Shown: positions 9,671 through 20,088, numbered from the stretch's first letter. The stretch: DNA of 64,000 nucleotides from Promethearchaeota archaeon (GCA_030599585.1 JAUVNS010000008.1:175285-239284), one strand, 5' to 3'. The notes: generated from the letters alone by a model not told the origin. Numbers and translations are program-made.

Positions 9671-10546
9671 TTACAATAATATATTTAATATCATTTCTGC
9701 GCCGCCAGCATTATCCAGATATTCAGCGTTCGATTTTACATCAATGAATTTACGCTTATATTCGTTAAAAGGCGTTTTAAGATATTCTTGAATGTGAAGT
9801 GCATCGAATGTATAACGATCGTAGCACGAAGTGGGATGAGCTCCAAAAGGCACTTTTACGACGGCATTGGTAGTTTGCATTGGTAATTGCGCTTTTCCTT
9901 GTAGATATCTAATATCTTCTGTTTCAAGTAACCTTTCGCAGGTAATAATTGTTTTTTTTGCAGTCTTAGCCATATCGTCATCCATCCAAACTGCTCCCGC
10001 TATATTTCCATTGCCATATTCATCCGCAAAAGGGACATGTAAAATTGCAACATCTAAGTCTATTTTAGGGATGGCCATAAGTTGAGTGCCTGAACCCAAA
10101 GGATCTTCGAACTGTTTTATATCGTTCCTGACTTTAGGAAAATCAGTACCTATCATCCCTTTTAATGGCATAAATGGAACTTTTAAATACGAGCTTTTCA
10201 ATCCAAGAGCAATTGATGCTTCACTTTCCTCGGAAATACTTACTGAACCTGATTCCACAGCCTTTCTATAATTCGGGGCCATGCCAAATATTTCCATACC
10301 AACAAAACAGCTTCTTACTTCTGACACGCAGCCCGCACCAATAAGCATATCAATATCTATCCCACCAACAAAAGTACATAGCGATAAACCTTTTTTATTT
10401 TGCTTAATCATTTCTTTACAAGCACTTATTGGTTTTCTCCAAAAAGAAAGCCCTCCAATTCCAACTAAATCACCATCTTGAACATAAGTAGAAATTGCCT
10501 CATCTAAGGTCATTAGTTTACTTTTTTGAATTTTCGATCTCCTCAC
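9671..10546 (-). CDS. CoA-transferase family I alpha subunit (GctA/IpdA-like)
   Basis: KLMTLDEAI..YVQDGD.VGIGG, DMLIGAGCV, VPFMP...IGTD, DVAILHVPFADEYGNG, VPFGAHPTSC. Confidence 0.88.
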   Translation of the reverse strand: MRRSKIQKSKLMTLDEAISTYVQDGDLVGIGGLSFWRKPISACKEMIKQNKKGLSLCTFVGGIDIDMLIGAGCVSEVRSCFVGMEIFGMAPNYRKAVESGSVSISEESEASIALGLKSSYLKVPFMPLKGMIGTDFPKVRNDIKQFEDPLGSGTQLMAIPKIDLDVAILHVPFADEYGNGNIAGAVWMDDDMAKTAKKTIITCERLLETEDIRYLQGKAQLPMQTTNAVVKVPFGAHPTSCYDRYTFDALHIQEYLKTPFNEYKRKFIDVKSNAEYLDNAGGAEMILNILL

Positions 10547-10681
10547 ATTATAGAATATTGAATTTTAGATATTAAAACGATATTTAGAAACAATTTTTGT
10601 TATGTTAAAAATATGATATGTTGCACTCTTTTGAATGCAGAAAAAAAATGAAAAATAATTCAAAATTATTAATATATTGCC

Positions 10682-11446
10682 TTATTTTTTTGCTTTTTCT
10701 AATTGTTTCTTTAATTTTACAAAGAATTCTGGGGGCGACATTTGATATGGTGTTGGGTATCTAGTTCCTGCTCTGTGGGTTTTTTCCATACCTTCTATTA
10801 TTTCGTCAATAATTCCCATAGGTATTGAGGCAATTAAATCCGTATCAGTTGCCATAGCAAAACGACGATCGCCAAGACATGGAAACGCAATCTGTAGTTC
10901 ACCTGTAAGAATGGCATTTGAGATAGTATCGGCGCAAACTCCATCACAAAACGTTGACATTGAAATTCTCCCTCCTTTTTTCCATAAAGAACCCTGGATT
11001 ATTCTCATAATCTGAGCAGAATTACCCCAAATTAGGATCAAATCGGGTTGAAAATCAATTCGGCTTAAAGCACCCGAAACTATAGCAGAATATTGTCCGA
11101 ATGGTAGTTTTGGCATCGAATTTGTAGTTTTTTTAGCCGCTTCTTTTGTTTCATTGTAGCGTCCCACGAAAAAAGCGCCCTCTTCGAAAAGTTTATAAGA
11201 TTCTTCAAATCCAAGAGATATTTCGGCTAAGGGACACAAATTATCCTCCTTTACACACCCCATTGTCCATCCGTAATACCTCGCATAACTGAATATTTGA
11301 CAAAGTGCGATTTTTTTTTCTGTTTTCTTTAAAAATTTAATATTATTTAATTCTTCGGGATTCTGTAGTAATTTTACGGCAACGGGGAATGTAGCTAACC
11401 TAAGATATTTATTAAGTTTTTCATCTGTTTTTTCGTATTTACCCAT
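10682..11446 (-). CDS. DUF169 family protein
   Basis: LRLATFPVAVKL, ALCQ....AR..GWT, CPLA..SLG, PDLILIWGN.AQIMR, GVCAD, PCLGDRRFA; likely start MGKYEK. Confidence 0.85.
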   Translation of the reverse strand: MGKYEKTDEKLNKYLRLATFPVAVKLLQNPEELNNIKFLKKTEKKIALCQIFSYARYYGWTMGCVKEDNLCPLAEISLGFEESYKLFEEGAFFVGRYNETKEAAKKTTNSMPKLPFGQYSAIVSGALSRIDFQPDLILIWGNSAQIMRIIQGSLWKKGGRISMSTFCDGVCADTISNAILTGELQIAFPCLGDRRFAMATDTDLIASIPMGIIDEIIEGMEKTHRAGTRYPTPYQMSPPEFFVKLKKQLEKAKK

Positions 11447-11591
11447 ATTTACTCTACCATTTTTACCATTACAAATTCTAATATTAATTAACATTAACTT
11501 CTTTTAAATATTTTTTCTCAGATAATTTTATTATGATGATTTTTAATTGATTGAGTATTACATCATAATATATTAAGCTTAGAGGTAATGC

Positions 11592-12128
11592 ATCATTAGA
11601 AAAAGATTAAAACAAGGGCTAGTGCAAGTTTATTTTGGTAGGGGTAAGGGTAAAACCACTGCAGCCTTAGGACAAGGTTTTCGAGCTACGGGGCATGGAT
11701 TTAAGGTATATATGATTCAATTCATGAAAGGATATCCTCAATATGGAGAAGTAAAAGCCATAGAAAACACTCAGAATTTCGATTTAAAACAGTTTGGCAC
11801 GCCAGACTTAATAGCAACTCCCGGAGAAATTGATTTCGAAGAGGGAAGGAAAGGTATGGAGTTTGCAGAGAAAATAATTATGAGCGATGAATATGACATT
11901 GTAATTCTTGATGAAATTGGGGTAGCCGTTGAGTATGGGATTGTAAAGATCGAAGATGTATTAAAATTAATTGAAAATAAACCCGAATTTGTCGAACTAA
12001 TTATAACAGGCGGCCCTAAGATGCATCCAAAAATCAAGGAACGAGCAGATTTGCTTACTGAAATGAGGATGATCAAACATTACTATTCTTCAAAGGGTAT
12101 TAAAGCTCGTTTTGGTATAGAACATTAA
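11592..12128 (+). CDS. cobO: Cob(I)yrinic acid a,c-diamide adenosyltransferase (CobO/BtuR); start uncertain (ATC 11592 / ATT 11595 / GTG 11622)
   Basis: GLVQVYFGRGKGKTTAALG, IQFMKG, YDIVILDEI, ELIITG, ADLLTEM..IKH, ARFGIE. Confidence 0.9.
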   Translation: MIRKRLKQGLVQVYFGRGKGKTTAALGQGFRATGHGFKVYMIQFMKGYPQYGEVKAIENTQNFDLKQFGTPDLIATPGEIDFEEGRKGMEFAEKIIMSDEYDIVILDEIGVAVEYGIVKIEDVLKLIENKPEFVELIITGGPKMHPKIKERADLLTEMRMIKHYYSSKGIKARFGIEH

Positions 12129-12137
12129 CGAGGTATA

Positions 12138-13316
12138 GTGAGCTATAATATGGGAATTAGGAATTTTATATTTTCACTTGTCTTAAAATTCTCTAAAGTA
12201 AAGCTAGATAATATTCTTATAGATCACCACAAATATCTTGGAAAACGCGAAAATTCGCTCAAAATTTACGACCGCCCACCTAGAAACATGATTTTATCAC
12301 CCTTTAATTTGACTTTTAATCCTACAGATCGATTGCTTATCGTAAATTTTGAAGAGGATTCTATTTACTACAGTATAGAGCTTCAAATTTTCAATAAAAT
12401 TGACAAAGAATTCCCGCTTGTAATCATGTATCGAAAGGATAACATGAAAGATATTTATTACACTAATGAGATTGTTATAAAAAATAGAAAAAAGATGATC
12501 AGTGATTTATTTGGAAAAGTGTCGTTCAATCAACTTGACAATATCGAATACAAATTCCAATTTGATGAGATGGGCTTGGATGCTTACCTCTTTTTAAAAG
12601 ATAAGTTAGAAAAAGAAATTGAGTTCAAAATTAAAGAAAAAATTTCTGGGAGAGAATTGACTTCAATTTTAACCCCTATTGGTACAGTCAGTAAGAAACC
12701 TGAGTACTTCACCATCGTTTTCCTCAACAAGTTCGGTATGGTAATCAAAGAAAACACAGAAATCTTTGTCAAAATTCACGGCTTTTCAAGAAATATAACA
12801 GAAATGCCTGTTCCAATGAATAAAATGAGTTTTTATTCAGCTCACTATTCTTTAGAACCATTAATCTGTAACTGGAATAATAATTTTAATGGTAACATAA
12901 ACCCTATAATTTTATATCCACCAACCCTAAATGTATCTGATGGTAATATAACATTTAACCTTGTAAAGAACTCTGATTACTACGAGATAAAAAAAATCTC
13001 TGGAAACGACGATGAGGGTCATACTCTTTCCTTCGATTTTTCTCCAGCAATACCTAATTTATTATCTCTAGGAAGCAATTCGAAAATAAATGGAAGATTT
13101 TCCGTAATAATTGATAAAAAAAAGGGGATTTTTGCAGGGAAATATCATTTAGTTCGTATTGGGGAGGCTATTGAGTTTAGAATTACACCAAACAAAGGAT
13201 GGCAACCATTTCCTGGAAAATTATGGTTAAAAACTTATAAATGGATTTCAAAAATATATATTCAAGATATCAAAGATATTAAAATCAGTTCCTATTGGCG
13301 AAGAATAAAAGGATGA
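12138..13316 (+). CDS. Hypothetical protein (beta-rich)
   Basis: 392-codon ORF 9 bp after cobO; no motif recognised. Confidence 0.7.
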   Translation: MSYNMGIRNFIFSLVLKFSKVKLDNILIDHHKYLGKRENSLKIYDRPPRNMILSPFNLTFNPTDRLLIVNFEEDSIYYSIELQIFNKIDKEFPLVIMYRKDNMKDIYYTNEIVIKNRKKMISDLFGKVSFNQLDNIEYKFQFDEMGLDAYLFLKDKLEKEIEFKIKEKISGRELTSILTPIGTVSKKPEYFTIVFLNKFGMVIKENTEIFVKIHGFSRNITEMPVPMNKMSFYSAHYSLEPLICNWNNNFNGNINPIILYPPTLNVSDGNITFNLVKNSDYYEIKKISGNDDEGHTLSFDFSPAIPNLLSLGSNSKINGRFSVIIDKKKGIFAGKYHLVRIGEAIEFRITPNKGWQPFPGKLWLKTYKWISKIYIQDIKDIKISSYWRRIKG

Positions 13317-13334
13317 TATTTTACTTGGAGCATT

Positions 13335-14564
13335 TTAATAGTACTTTCTTTCTGGAATAGTTTCTATAACATCTCGAATTTTACTTTTCATTTCATTAAA
13401 AATCTTTAGTGAACTAGTAAATTTATTCGATACTACGTCTACTAGATGCTTATCAAGAAAAGATTCCAATGATTTTAGTTTTTCAATATTTCCTTCTGTA
13501 ATACAATATAAAAAGAACTGATTTTCGAGTTTTTTAAATGATAAAAAACGATATTTTTGGAAACCTGATTTTACTGAAATCCATCTTGGATAACCTTTCA
13601 TGTTTCCAAGAATTATTGCTATAATCGCTTCAATTTTTGCAGTCAAGACTGATTCTCTAAAATCATTAATTTCAAATTCTTTTTTCTCTCGTTCTTCTTT
13701 AGAATTATTGTTTTCAGAATCAAGTTCAAATTGTTTTTGCTTTCCAAATTTTAAAACATCCTCTTTATCTAACAAAAGCGAAATAACACCAACCGTTTCA
13801 GATGATATTCCAAAATAATCTAATCTGAGCCAATTATCTATATAATTAAAATTTGGTTTCTCGAATTTGACTTTTAATTCGACTGCTTCTTCTATATAAT
13901 TTAAAAATATATTTATTTTAATAGAAATCTGGCGTTTATCAATTTCAGCCAATTTTTTAATATTAATTTTATCCTTATGTATCATATCATTAAAAAACCA
14001 TGAAATCTGATTGAATATCCAATCGCTATCTTTATCTGAAAAATTTCCTATGAGAATGTGTATAACTCCATTTTTCTCAAAAAAACGAGCGATTAACTTT
14101 TTTTCTCCTACATTCTCCTTGTTTCCAAAAATTATCAACATTTTGTCAAGCGTTCCAGATAAAATACTCGTAGAAATATAATCTAAATTATTTGTTAACT
14201 CTAAAATATACTTAGATTTTTTATTGTTATAATATATGGGAATTCTCTCTTTTGAAACAATTCCGTAAAAAAAAAGGTTTTTGGGAATCTTTTTCTTTTT
14301 CTTTGATAAGACTTTAAGAGCTTTAGGTTCTATTTTTGGAATCTTTTTCTTTTTTGTTCTATTAATATTTTTTTTCGATTCAATTTTAAGATCTTTAGGT
14401 CCTACTTCAGTAAATAAATTATACTTTCCGTACATGAATCGAAACATTTTTATCGAAAAAAGATTACAATTTCTACAGATACAATCTTTTTGATAAGGCG
14501 CTACAAAAGTATATCCACAATGTTCGCATTTTAACATATTATAAATTTTATCTTCATGTTCCAT
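13335..14564 (-). CDS. Hypothetical protein: N-terminal Zn ribbon, Lys-rich linker, two putative longin/roadblock-like domains
   Basis: CEHC...CRNC at the N-terminus; two alpha/beta blocks beginning FFYGIVSKERIPIYY and LDYFGISSETVGVISL. Confidence 0.6.
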   Translation of the reverse strand: MEHEDKIYNMLKCEHCGYTFVAPYQKDCICRNCNLFSIKMFRFMYGKYNLFTEVGPKDLKIESKKNINRTKKKKIPKIEPKALKVLSKKKKKIPKNLFFYGIVSKERIPIYYNNKKSKYILELTNNLDYISTSILSGTLDKMLIIFGNKENVGEKKLIARFFEKNGVIHILIGNFSDKDSDWIFNQISWFFNDMIHKDKINIKKLAEIDKRQISIKINIFLNYIEEAVELKVKFEKPNFNYIDNWLRLDYFGISSETVGVISLLLDKEDVLKFGKQKQFELDSENNNSKEEREKKEFEINDFRESVLTAKIEAIIAIILGNMKGYPRWISVKSGFQKYRFLSFKKLENQFFLYCITEGNIEKLKSLESFLDKHLVDVVSNKFTSSLKIFNEMKSKIRDVIETIPERKYY

Positions 14565-14799
14565 TTTCTATTCTCTTTTTCAACCACTTTAACTATTAAT
14601 AAAATCAAATTCTACAAATTTAAACTTATTTTTGTTTACTTTTGTGTAACTATAAAAAGATATGAACCAAAATGATTTTAAAATATTTAAGTAAAAAAAA
14701 AAGAAAAGAGATTACATATATTTTCGTATAATTTTAAATACAAACTCATTATCCTTTAATTTAAAACATAGAATAAATAAAACTATTCAGCCTAAAGCG

Positions 14800-15150
14800 A
14801 TGAAAAAAGAAACCAATTTGATAAGTGTATGCGGTTTAAACTGTGGCGAATGTGAGATTTATAATGCTCCTAAAAATGTAGAAATCGCTGAAAAATTAGT
14901 AACACATTTTTATGGTATGTGGGATAACGTAAAAACTTCTGATTTTCATTGCGGTACTTGCAGAGGAGATCGATCAGAATGTTGGACTGAAGAATGTTGG
15001 ATTCGAGAATGCTGCATAGAGAATAAAAAATTAGATTTTTGTTTTGAATGTAACGAATTTCCATGTAATAAATTAATAGAATGGTCGAAAGAGAGTGAAA
15101 AATATGCCAACGCTTTACAAACCCTCAAAAATATAAAAAAAAATAGATAA
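14800..15150 (+). CDS. DUF3795 Cys-rich protein
   Basis: CGLNCGEC, CGTCR, CWIRECC, FCFEC.EFPC pattern. Confidence 0.85.
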   Translation: MKKETNLISVCGLNCGECEIYNAPKNVEIAEKLVTHFYGMWDNVKTSDFHCGTCRGDRSECWTEECWIRECCIENKKLDFCFECNEFPCNKLIEWSKESEKYANALQTLKNIKKNR

Positions 15151-15176
15151 AGTTAGAAGAAAGTAAATTTCTATAT

Positions 15177-15608
15177 TTAATTCAATAATAAAACGACTGC
15201 TTCGCCATCAGTGACAAGTTCTTCGTTTTGATTATAAACCTTGGTATCGCATCTTATAAATTTTAATTTACCATCCTTTTTGGTGAACTTCTCTTTAACT
15301 GTTGCGACAGCCGTAAGATCATCTCCAAAAAAAACGGGTTTAATAAACCGTACGCTTTGTTCGCCGTAAAGTATCCCTGGTCCAAACAAATGCACACCTA
15401 AAGATGCTGATATTAGGCCTACACTAATAACTCCGTGAGCAACTTGCTTTCCAAACATTTGAGTCTTAGCATACTCTGGATTCACATGAATTGGGTTATA
15501 ATCTCCAGAAACTTCAGCAAATTTCATCACATCTTCTTCTGTAATAGTTTTTGTGAATTTTGCAGAGTCTCCAACCTTATAATCATCAAATTTTACGGGT
15601 TCTAACAT
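15177..15608 (-). CDS. MaoC-family (R)-enoyl-CoA hydratase
   Basis: FAEVSGDYNPIH hydratase motif, AHG, GPG, F.KPVFFGD. Confidence 0.92.
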   Translation of the reverse strand: MLEPVKFDDYKVGDSAKFTKTITEEDVMKFAEVSGDYNPIHVNPEYAKTQMFGKQVAHGVISVGLISASLGVHLFGPGILYGEQSVRFIKPVFFGDDLTAVATVKEKFTKKDGKLKFIRCDTKVYNQNEELVTDGEAVVLLLN

Positions 15609-15758
15609 AAATTCAAATAATGAATAGACAGATAAAAATTTTGATGATTAAAATACTAGTATTGAAAATAGGTAAATGAAACCGCTTAAACATAAACCAA
15701 AACATTCTTGAGATACAAAGTATTATAGAAATTTAATTACAGGGATTAACGATTATCT

Positions 15759-16991
15759 TTGAATGATTTGAGTACTTCTAAAGGAAATTCAAGAGTTAAA
15801 AGTAGAAATATCTTAGCTTTATGCATCGCTAAACTAATCCATGGATTTGGAGCAAGTATGTTTAACGTTGTATATCAACCATTTCTTTTAGACATTACAA
15901 ATTCACTATTTATTACTGGAGTTTTAGTTACTTTAGGCAGTGTTATGCAATTTCTGCCCATGCCTTTAGTAGGTAAGTTATCTGATAGGATAGGGCATAA
16001 AACTACAATTATCGCAAGCATTCCAATATATATTTTAGGATTAGTGTTAATTTTCATTTCAGATTCAAATAATATCCTTTACCTAATTTTTGGAATCGTC
16101 ATGTTCTTCTTGGGATTTACCCTAAATAACATGAATGGTCAATTCCTAGTAGCCGAAAATAGTGGATCGTCGAAGGGATTGATGTATAGTCTGATATTTT
16201 TTTCGTTCTTTCTTGGAAGCATCGGTGGAAATGCTTTTGTGATTTTTAGTAAATCGATTAGTACGCGCGTCTTCTTTTTAATATTTATGGGAATATTAAT
16301 AGTAGAAGGCGTAATATTCACATTTTTCCTATCAACTAAATGGAAAAAACAAAAAGCTGACGAACTCATAAATGAGGATCTTCACAGTAAAAAGGAGAAG
16401 CTATGGCTGCAATTTTTTAAGAATCCGAGGATGAGATCGATCCTTATTTTTTTTACTCTAGATATTTTTATTTATGGAATCTCTTTTTCCATTTACAACG
16501 GGGGATTACGCGACTATTACCATTTAACAACTGTGGAAATATCTTTCATAGTTATTTGGATGAATATTACAAATATGTTATTCCAGATTCCCGCTGGACG
16601 TATCACTGATAAGCTCGGTAAAAAGAAATCTTTAATTTTAAGCGCAATAACGGGTTTAATTTTTTTCATCATAAATATTATAGCCTCGATATTGTGGTCT
16701 AATGGAATGACGTTTGTTCTGATTCCGTCTCTAGTGGTTGCCCATATAATATTTGCTTTTTCAATAATTACGTTTATTCCATCAGAGCAGATTATCCTTA
16801 CAGATTTAGGAAAAAATAAGAAAGCGGAATCGTATGGAATTGTATCATTTATTAGAGGTGTAGGATTTATTCCAACGGGTATAATAGGGGCTCTTTTAAT
16901 AGAAAATGTCCATTATTTAGCCCCCTTTATTATAACATCAATAGGGATTCTAGTGGAAATCTGGTTTTTGTTCAAATTCTTCCACGATTAG
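15759..16991 (+). CDS. MFS transporter
   Basis: About 12 TM segments; motif A twice (GKLSDRIGHK, GRITDKLGKK). Confidence 0.9.
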   Translation: MNDLSTSKGNSRVKSRNILALCIAKLIHGFGASMFNVVYQPFLLDITNSLFITGVLVTLGSVMQFLPMPLVGKLSDRIGHKTTIIASIPIYILGLVLIFISDSNNILYLIFGIVMFFLGFTLNNMNGQFLVAENSGSSKGLMYSLIFFSFFLGSIGGNAFVIFSKSISTRVFFLIFMGILIVEGVIFTFFLSTKWKKQKADELINEDLHSKKEKLWLQFFKNPRMRSILIFFTLDIFIYGISFSIYNGGLRDYYHLTTVEISFIVIWMNITNMLFQIPAGRITDKLGKKKSLILSAITGLIFFIINIIASILWSNGMTFVLIPSLVVAHIIFAFSIITFIPSEQIILTDLGKNKKAESYGIVSFIRGVGFIPTGIIGALLIENVHYLAPFIITSIGILVEIWFLFKFFHD

Positions 16992-17130
16992 TGTTTCTGC
17001 TTTTCTTATTGCTTATCGTAGAAGTGTAAAAAAACTATTAAAAAGAGAAAGAATAAGAAATAAAATAATTCGAAAATTCAATTTAATAGTTTTTAAAATA
17101 ATAAATAATAATTAACTAAAGGTAGAAAAA

Positions 17131-18390
17131 ATGGGAAAATTAGCACGACGCGTTGCGATTGTTGGAGCGGGAATGTCACAATTTGGAAGATTATTCCCTT
17201 TGAAGCGAAACCCAGATTTATGGGTAGATGCTTGGCTAGACGCAGTAAAAAGAGTAGATAATGGTATTGAACCTAAAGATGTTGACGCTTGTTATATTGG
17301 AAATTATTCTTCGGATCTTTTTAATCATCAAGGTCATCTCGCACCCCAAATGGCAAACTTCGTAGGATTATCTCCAAAACCAGCATCTCGATTTGAAGGT
17401 GCCTGTGCCAGTAGTGGTGTTGCTCTGAGACAGGGTGTTATTGCGATAGCTTCAGGTATACACGATGTGATCGCTGTTGGTGGATGTGAAACGATGAATG
17501 AAGTATCGACAACTTTGGTAACAGATACTTTAGCTACGGCATCAGATAATTTATTTGAGTACCCTGCTGGCGCAACATTTCCGGGATTATATGCTGCTGT
17601 TGCTTCGGCACATTTCCACAAATACGGAACTAATGCTGAAGATTTAATGAGAATTGGAATTAAAAACCATGAAAATGGAACACAAAATCCATTCGCGCAA
17701 ATGCAACTTTCAATAAAAGATCTAATGGATAAAAAATTGTCTAAATTGGAAAAACAAGGTAAAGATATTCCAGATTGGAAAGATGAATTCGATTTTCTTA
17801 AGAGTTCCTCTAACCCTATGATTGCGAGTCCTCTTCGCCTTTTTGATTGCTCTCTTGTAACTGATGGAGCCGCCTGTGTGTTTTTAGCTGCAGAAGATGT
17901 CGCCAAACAATTTACTGACACGCCAATTTGGATTACCGGAACAGGTCAAGGTAGTGCCGCATTATCTTTACACGATCGAGATTCATTAACAAGTTTTGTA
18001 GCAACAAAAGAAGCAGCAAGACAAGCTTATCAGATGGCAAACCTTACTCCAAAGGACATTCAAATAGCGGAATTACACGATTGTTTTACTATTGCTGAAT
18101 TAGTAGCAATGGAAGACTTAGATTTTTATGAAAAAGGTAAAGCTGTTGATGCTATACGCGATGGAGAATCAAAGCTAGACGGGCGCTTACCTTTGAACAC
18201 ATCTGGTGGGCTTAAATCTAAAGGACATCCGGTAGGGGCTACGGGAGCTGCTCAAGCTGTAGAAATTTTCAAACAAATGAGGGGAATTGCTGAGAGGAAT
18301 CGACAAGTTAAATTTGATGTAGAGAAAGCACTCTCACACAATCTAGGTGGTAGCGGAGCTACATGTGTAGTTACAATTTATCAAAAATGA
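17131..18390 (+). CDS. Thiolase (SCP-x / archaeal acetyl-CoA C-acyltransferase type)
   Basis: EGACASSG catalytic Cys, AELHDCFT, NTSGGLKSKGHPVGATG, HNLGG. Confidence 0.95.
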   Translation: MGKLARRVAIVGAGMSQFGRLFPLKRNPDLWVDAWLDAVKRVDNGIEPKDVDACYIGNYSSDLFNHQGHLAPQMANFVGLSPKPASRFEGACASSGVALRQGVIAIASGIHDVIAVGGCETMNEVSTTLVTDTLATASDNLFEYPAGATFPGLYAAVASAHFHKYGTNAEDLMRIGIKNHENGTQNPFAQMQLSIKDLMDKKLSKLEKQGKDIPDWKDEFDFLKSSSNPMIASPLRLFDCSLVTDGAACVFLAAEDVAKQFTDTPIWITGTGQGSAALSLHDRDSLTSFVATKEAARQAYQMANLTPKDIQIAELHDCFTIAELVAMEDLDFYEKGKAVDAIRDGESKLDGRLPLNTSGGLKSKGHPVGATGAAQAVEIFKQMRGIAERNRQVKFDVEKALSHNLGGSGATCVVTIYQK

Positions 18391-18391
18391 G

Positions 18392-18823
18392 GTGAAAAAA
18401 GTGTCAGAAAATGAAAAAGAATTTACGATGGAAAGTTATCTGGAATTTTTACAAAGTAAAAAACTCATGGGATCAAAATGTAAAGATTGTGGTGAAACAT
18501 ATGTACCTTCAAGAAAATTATGCATAAAATGCAATTCAACAAATCTTGAATGGATTGAGATGTCAGGAAAAGGAAAAATAGCAGCGTTTTCTTGTATTGG
18601 AGTAGGAACATCATTTATGGCTGAAAAAGGATATTCTATCAAAAATCCTTATTGCTTCTCGGTTATTAAACTTGACGAGGGACCAAAGATTTCGGGTCAA
18701 TTGACGGGAGTTGACGAAAAACATCCTGAAACTATTAAAATTGGATCTCCAGTAAAGGTCAAATTTTTAGAAACTGAACTGAAAGGTGAAACAAGAATAG
18801 ATTTAGGTTTTGAACCCGCTTAA
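18392..18823 (+). CDS. DUF35 Zn-ribbon/OB-fold thiolase partner
   Basis: CKDCG..YVPSR.LC.KC, SGKGKI, PY...IKLDEGP, IKIGSPV; 1 bp after the thiolase stop. Confidence 0.92.
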   Translation: MKKVSENEKEFTMESYLEFLQSKKLMGSKCKDCGETYVPSRKLCIKCNSTNLEWIEMSGKGKIAAFSCIGVGTSFMAEKGYSIKNPYCFSVIKLDEGPKISGQLTGVDEKHPETIKIGSPVKVKFLETELKGETRIDLGFEPA

Positions 18824-18890
18824 ACACAAATTATTTATTTTTTATTTTAATTTTATTTGATAATATTTAGTAATTTCAAGCAACATAAGA

Positions 18891-20054
18891 ATGGTGTTTT
18901 TAATAAAAAAACCGTCTAAGCTTACTATAATCGCTTTTATTATGTTAATAGTAGTTATTCCTATCGTTATTCCAATTTTCCTTTTATTCAATGATAGTGA
19001 GTTTACAAACATTGAAATCGAATTGCACTTCAATGGCGATACTGCCTACACTTATGTAGCTGACCAAATGAGCATAAATACCACACACTATAGAATACCT
19101 GGTACTCAAGGGAGAGAAGATTGCGCACAATATTTTATAACTAAATTTCAACAAATAAATCCTCTAATTGGCTATACTCTTCATAATTTTACAATTCAAT
19201 CAGTAGAATGTCAGAACGTTCTCTTTAAGATGAACGAAAACTTTACTAATATCTTAATTTTAGGGGCTCACTACGACTCTAGAGCTAGGGCTACAAAAGA
19301 TTCGACAAATCCGGATTTACCTGTCCCTGGAGCAAACGACGGTGCTAGTGGATCCGCTGTTCTTATAGAACTTGCTGAAGTTTTGTATAGTCGAATGAAT
19401 AACTTGTCTGTTCAAATTTGGTTTCTATTCTTTGACGCTGAAGATCAAGGAACCGATTTGGGAGTTGGAATTTCAGGGTGGGATTGGATTGAAGGTTCTA
19501 AGCAATTTGTGCTTGAAATTGACAATTTTTACAATTCATCAAAAGAAGATTTTGACGCCATGATTCTGTTAGATATGGTTGGAGGAACAAATTTGCGTTT
19601 TATTAACGAACAGCACTCAACATCCTCGCTATTGAATGAACTCTTTGAAACTGGAAGACAATTGGGATATACAAGCGCGTTTCCTTCTGACCCAATTGTT
19701 ACTTCTATATCCGATGATCATGTACCATTTCTAAATTTTGGTATACCATCTGCTGACTTAATAATTAAATTTTGGAATCAACCTGCTGAATGGCCTTATC
19801 ACCATACTACTGGCGATGATATATCTCACATTTCAAATAATAGTCTAGAAATCACTGGAAAAACTGTAGAACAATTCATCTATAATAATTATTATGATAT
19901 AACCGATCAATACCAAGGAAATTTTCCGTGGAGCGATGATTTTAACCTTCTGGATAGTGAGTTATTCCTGTTGATTTTGATTGTTTTGCCAATAATAGGT
20001 ATTGCTGTTGTTGTATTAGTCTGGCGTTCGCGATCAAAAAAGGATAATAATTAA
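18891..20054 (+). CDS. M28-family Zn peptidase / glutaminyl cyclase-like, membrane-anchored at both ends
   Basis: GAHYDSR, GANDGASG, FFDAED, LLDMVG, DDHVPF, YHHTTGD; N- and C-terminal hydrophobic helices. Confidence 0.85.
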   Translation: MVFLIKKPSKLTIIAFIMLIVVIPIVIPIFLLFNDSEFTNIEIELHFNGDTAYTYVADQMSINTTHYRIPGTQGREDCAQYFITKFQQINPLIGYTLHNFTIQSVECQNVLFKMNENFTNILILGAHYDSRARATKDSTNPDLPVPGANDGASGSAVLIELAEVLYSRMNNLSVQIWFLFFDAEDQGTDLGVGISGWDWIEGSKQFVLEIDNFYNSSKEDFDAMILLDMVGGTNLRFINEQHSTSSLLNELFETGRQLGYTSAFPSDPIVTSISDDHVPFLNFGIPSADLIIKFWNQPAEWPYHHTTGDDISHISNNSLEITGKTVEQFIYNNYYDITDQYQGNFPWSDDFNLLDSELFLLILIVLPIIGIAVVVLVWRSRSKKDNN

Positions 20055-20088
20055 TTCCTAAATAGTATTTCGAGTATAAATTTTAATT

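Noticed and set aside
17334-17921. 195-aa antisense ORF inside the thiolase, and the many other 60-130 aa antisense/overlapping ORFs in the track
   Set aside because: They lie opposite well-supported genes, lack motifs and are expected shadow ORFs.
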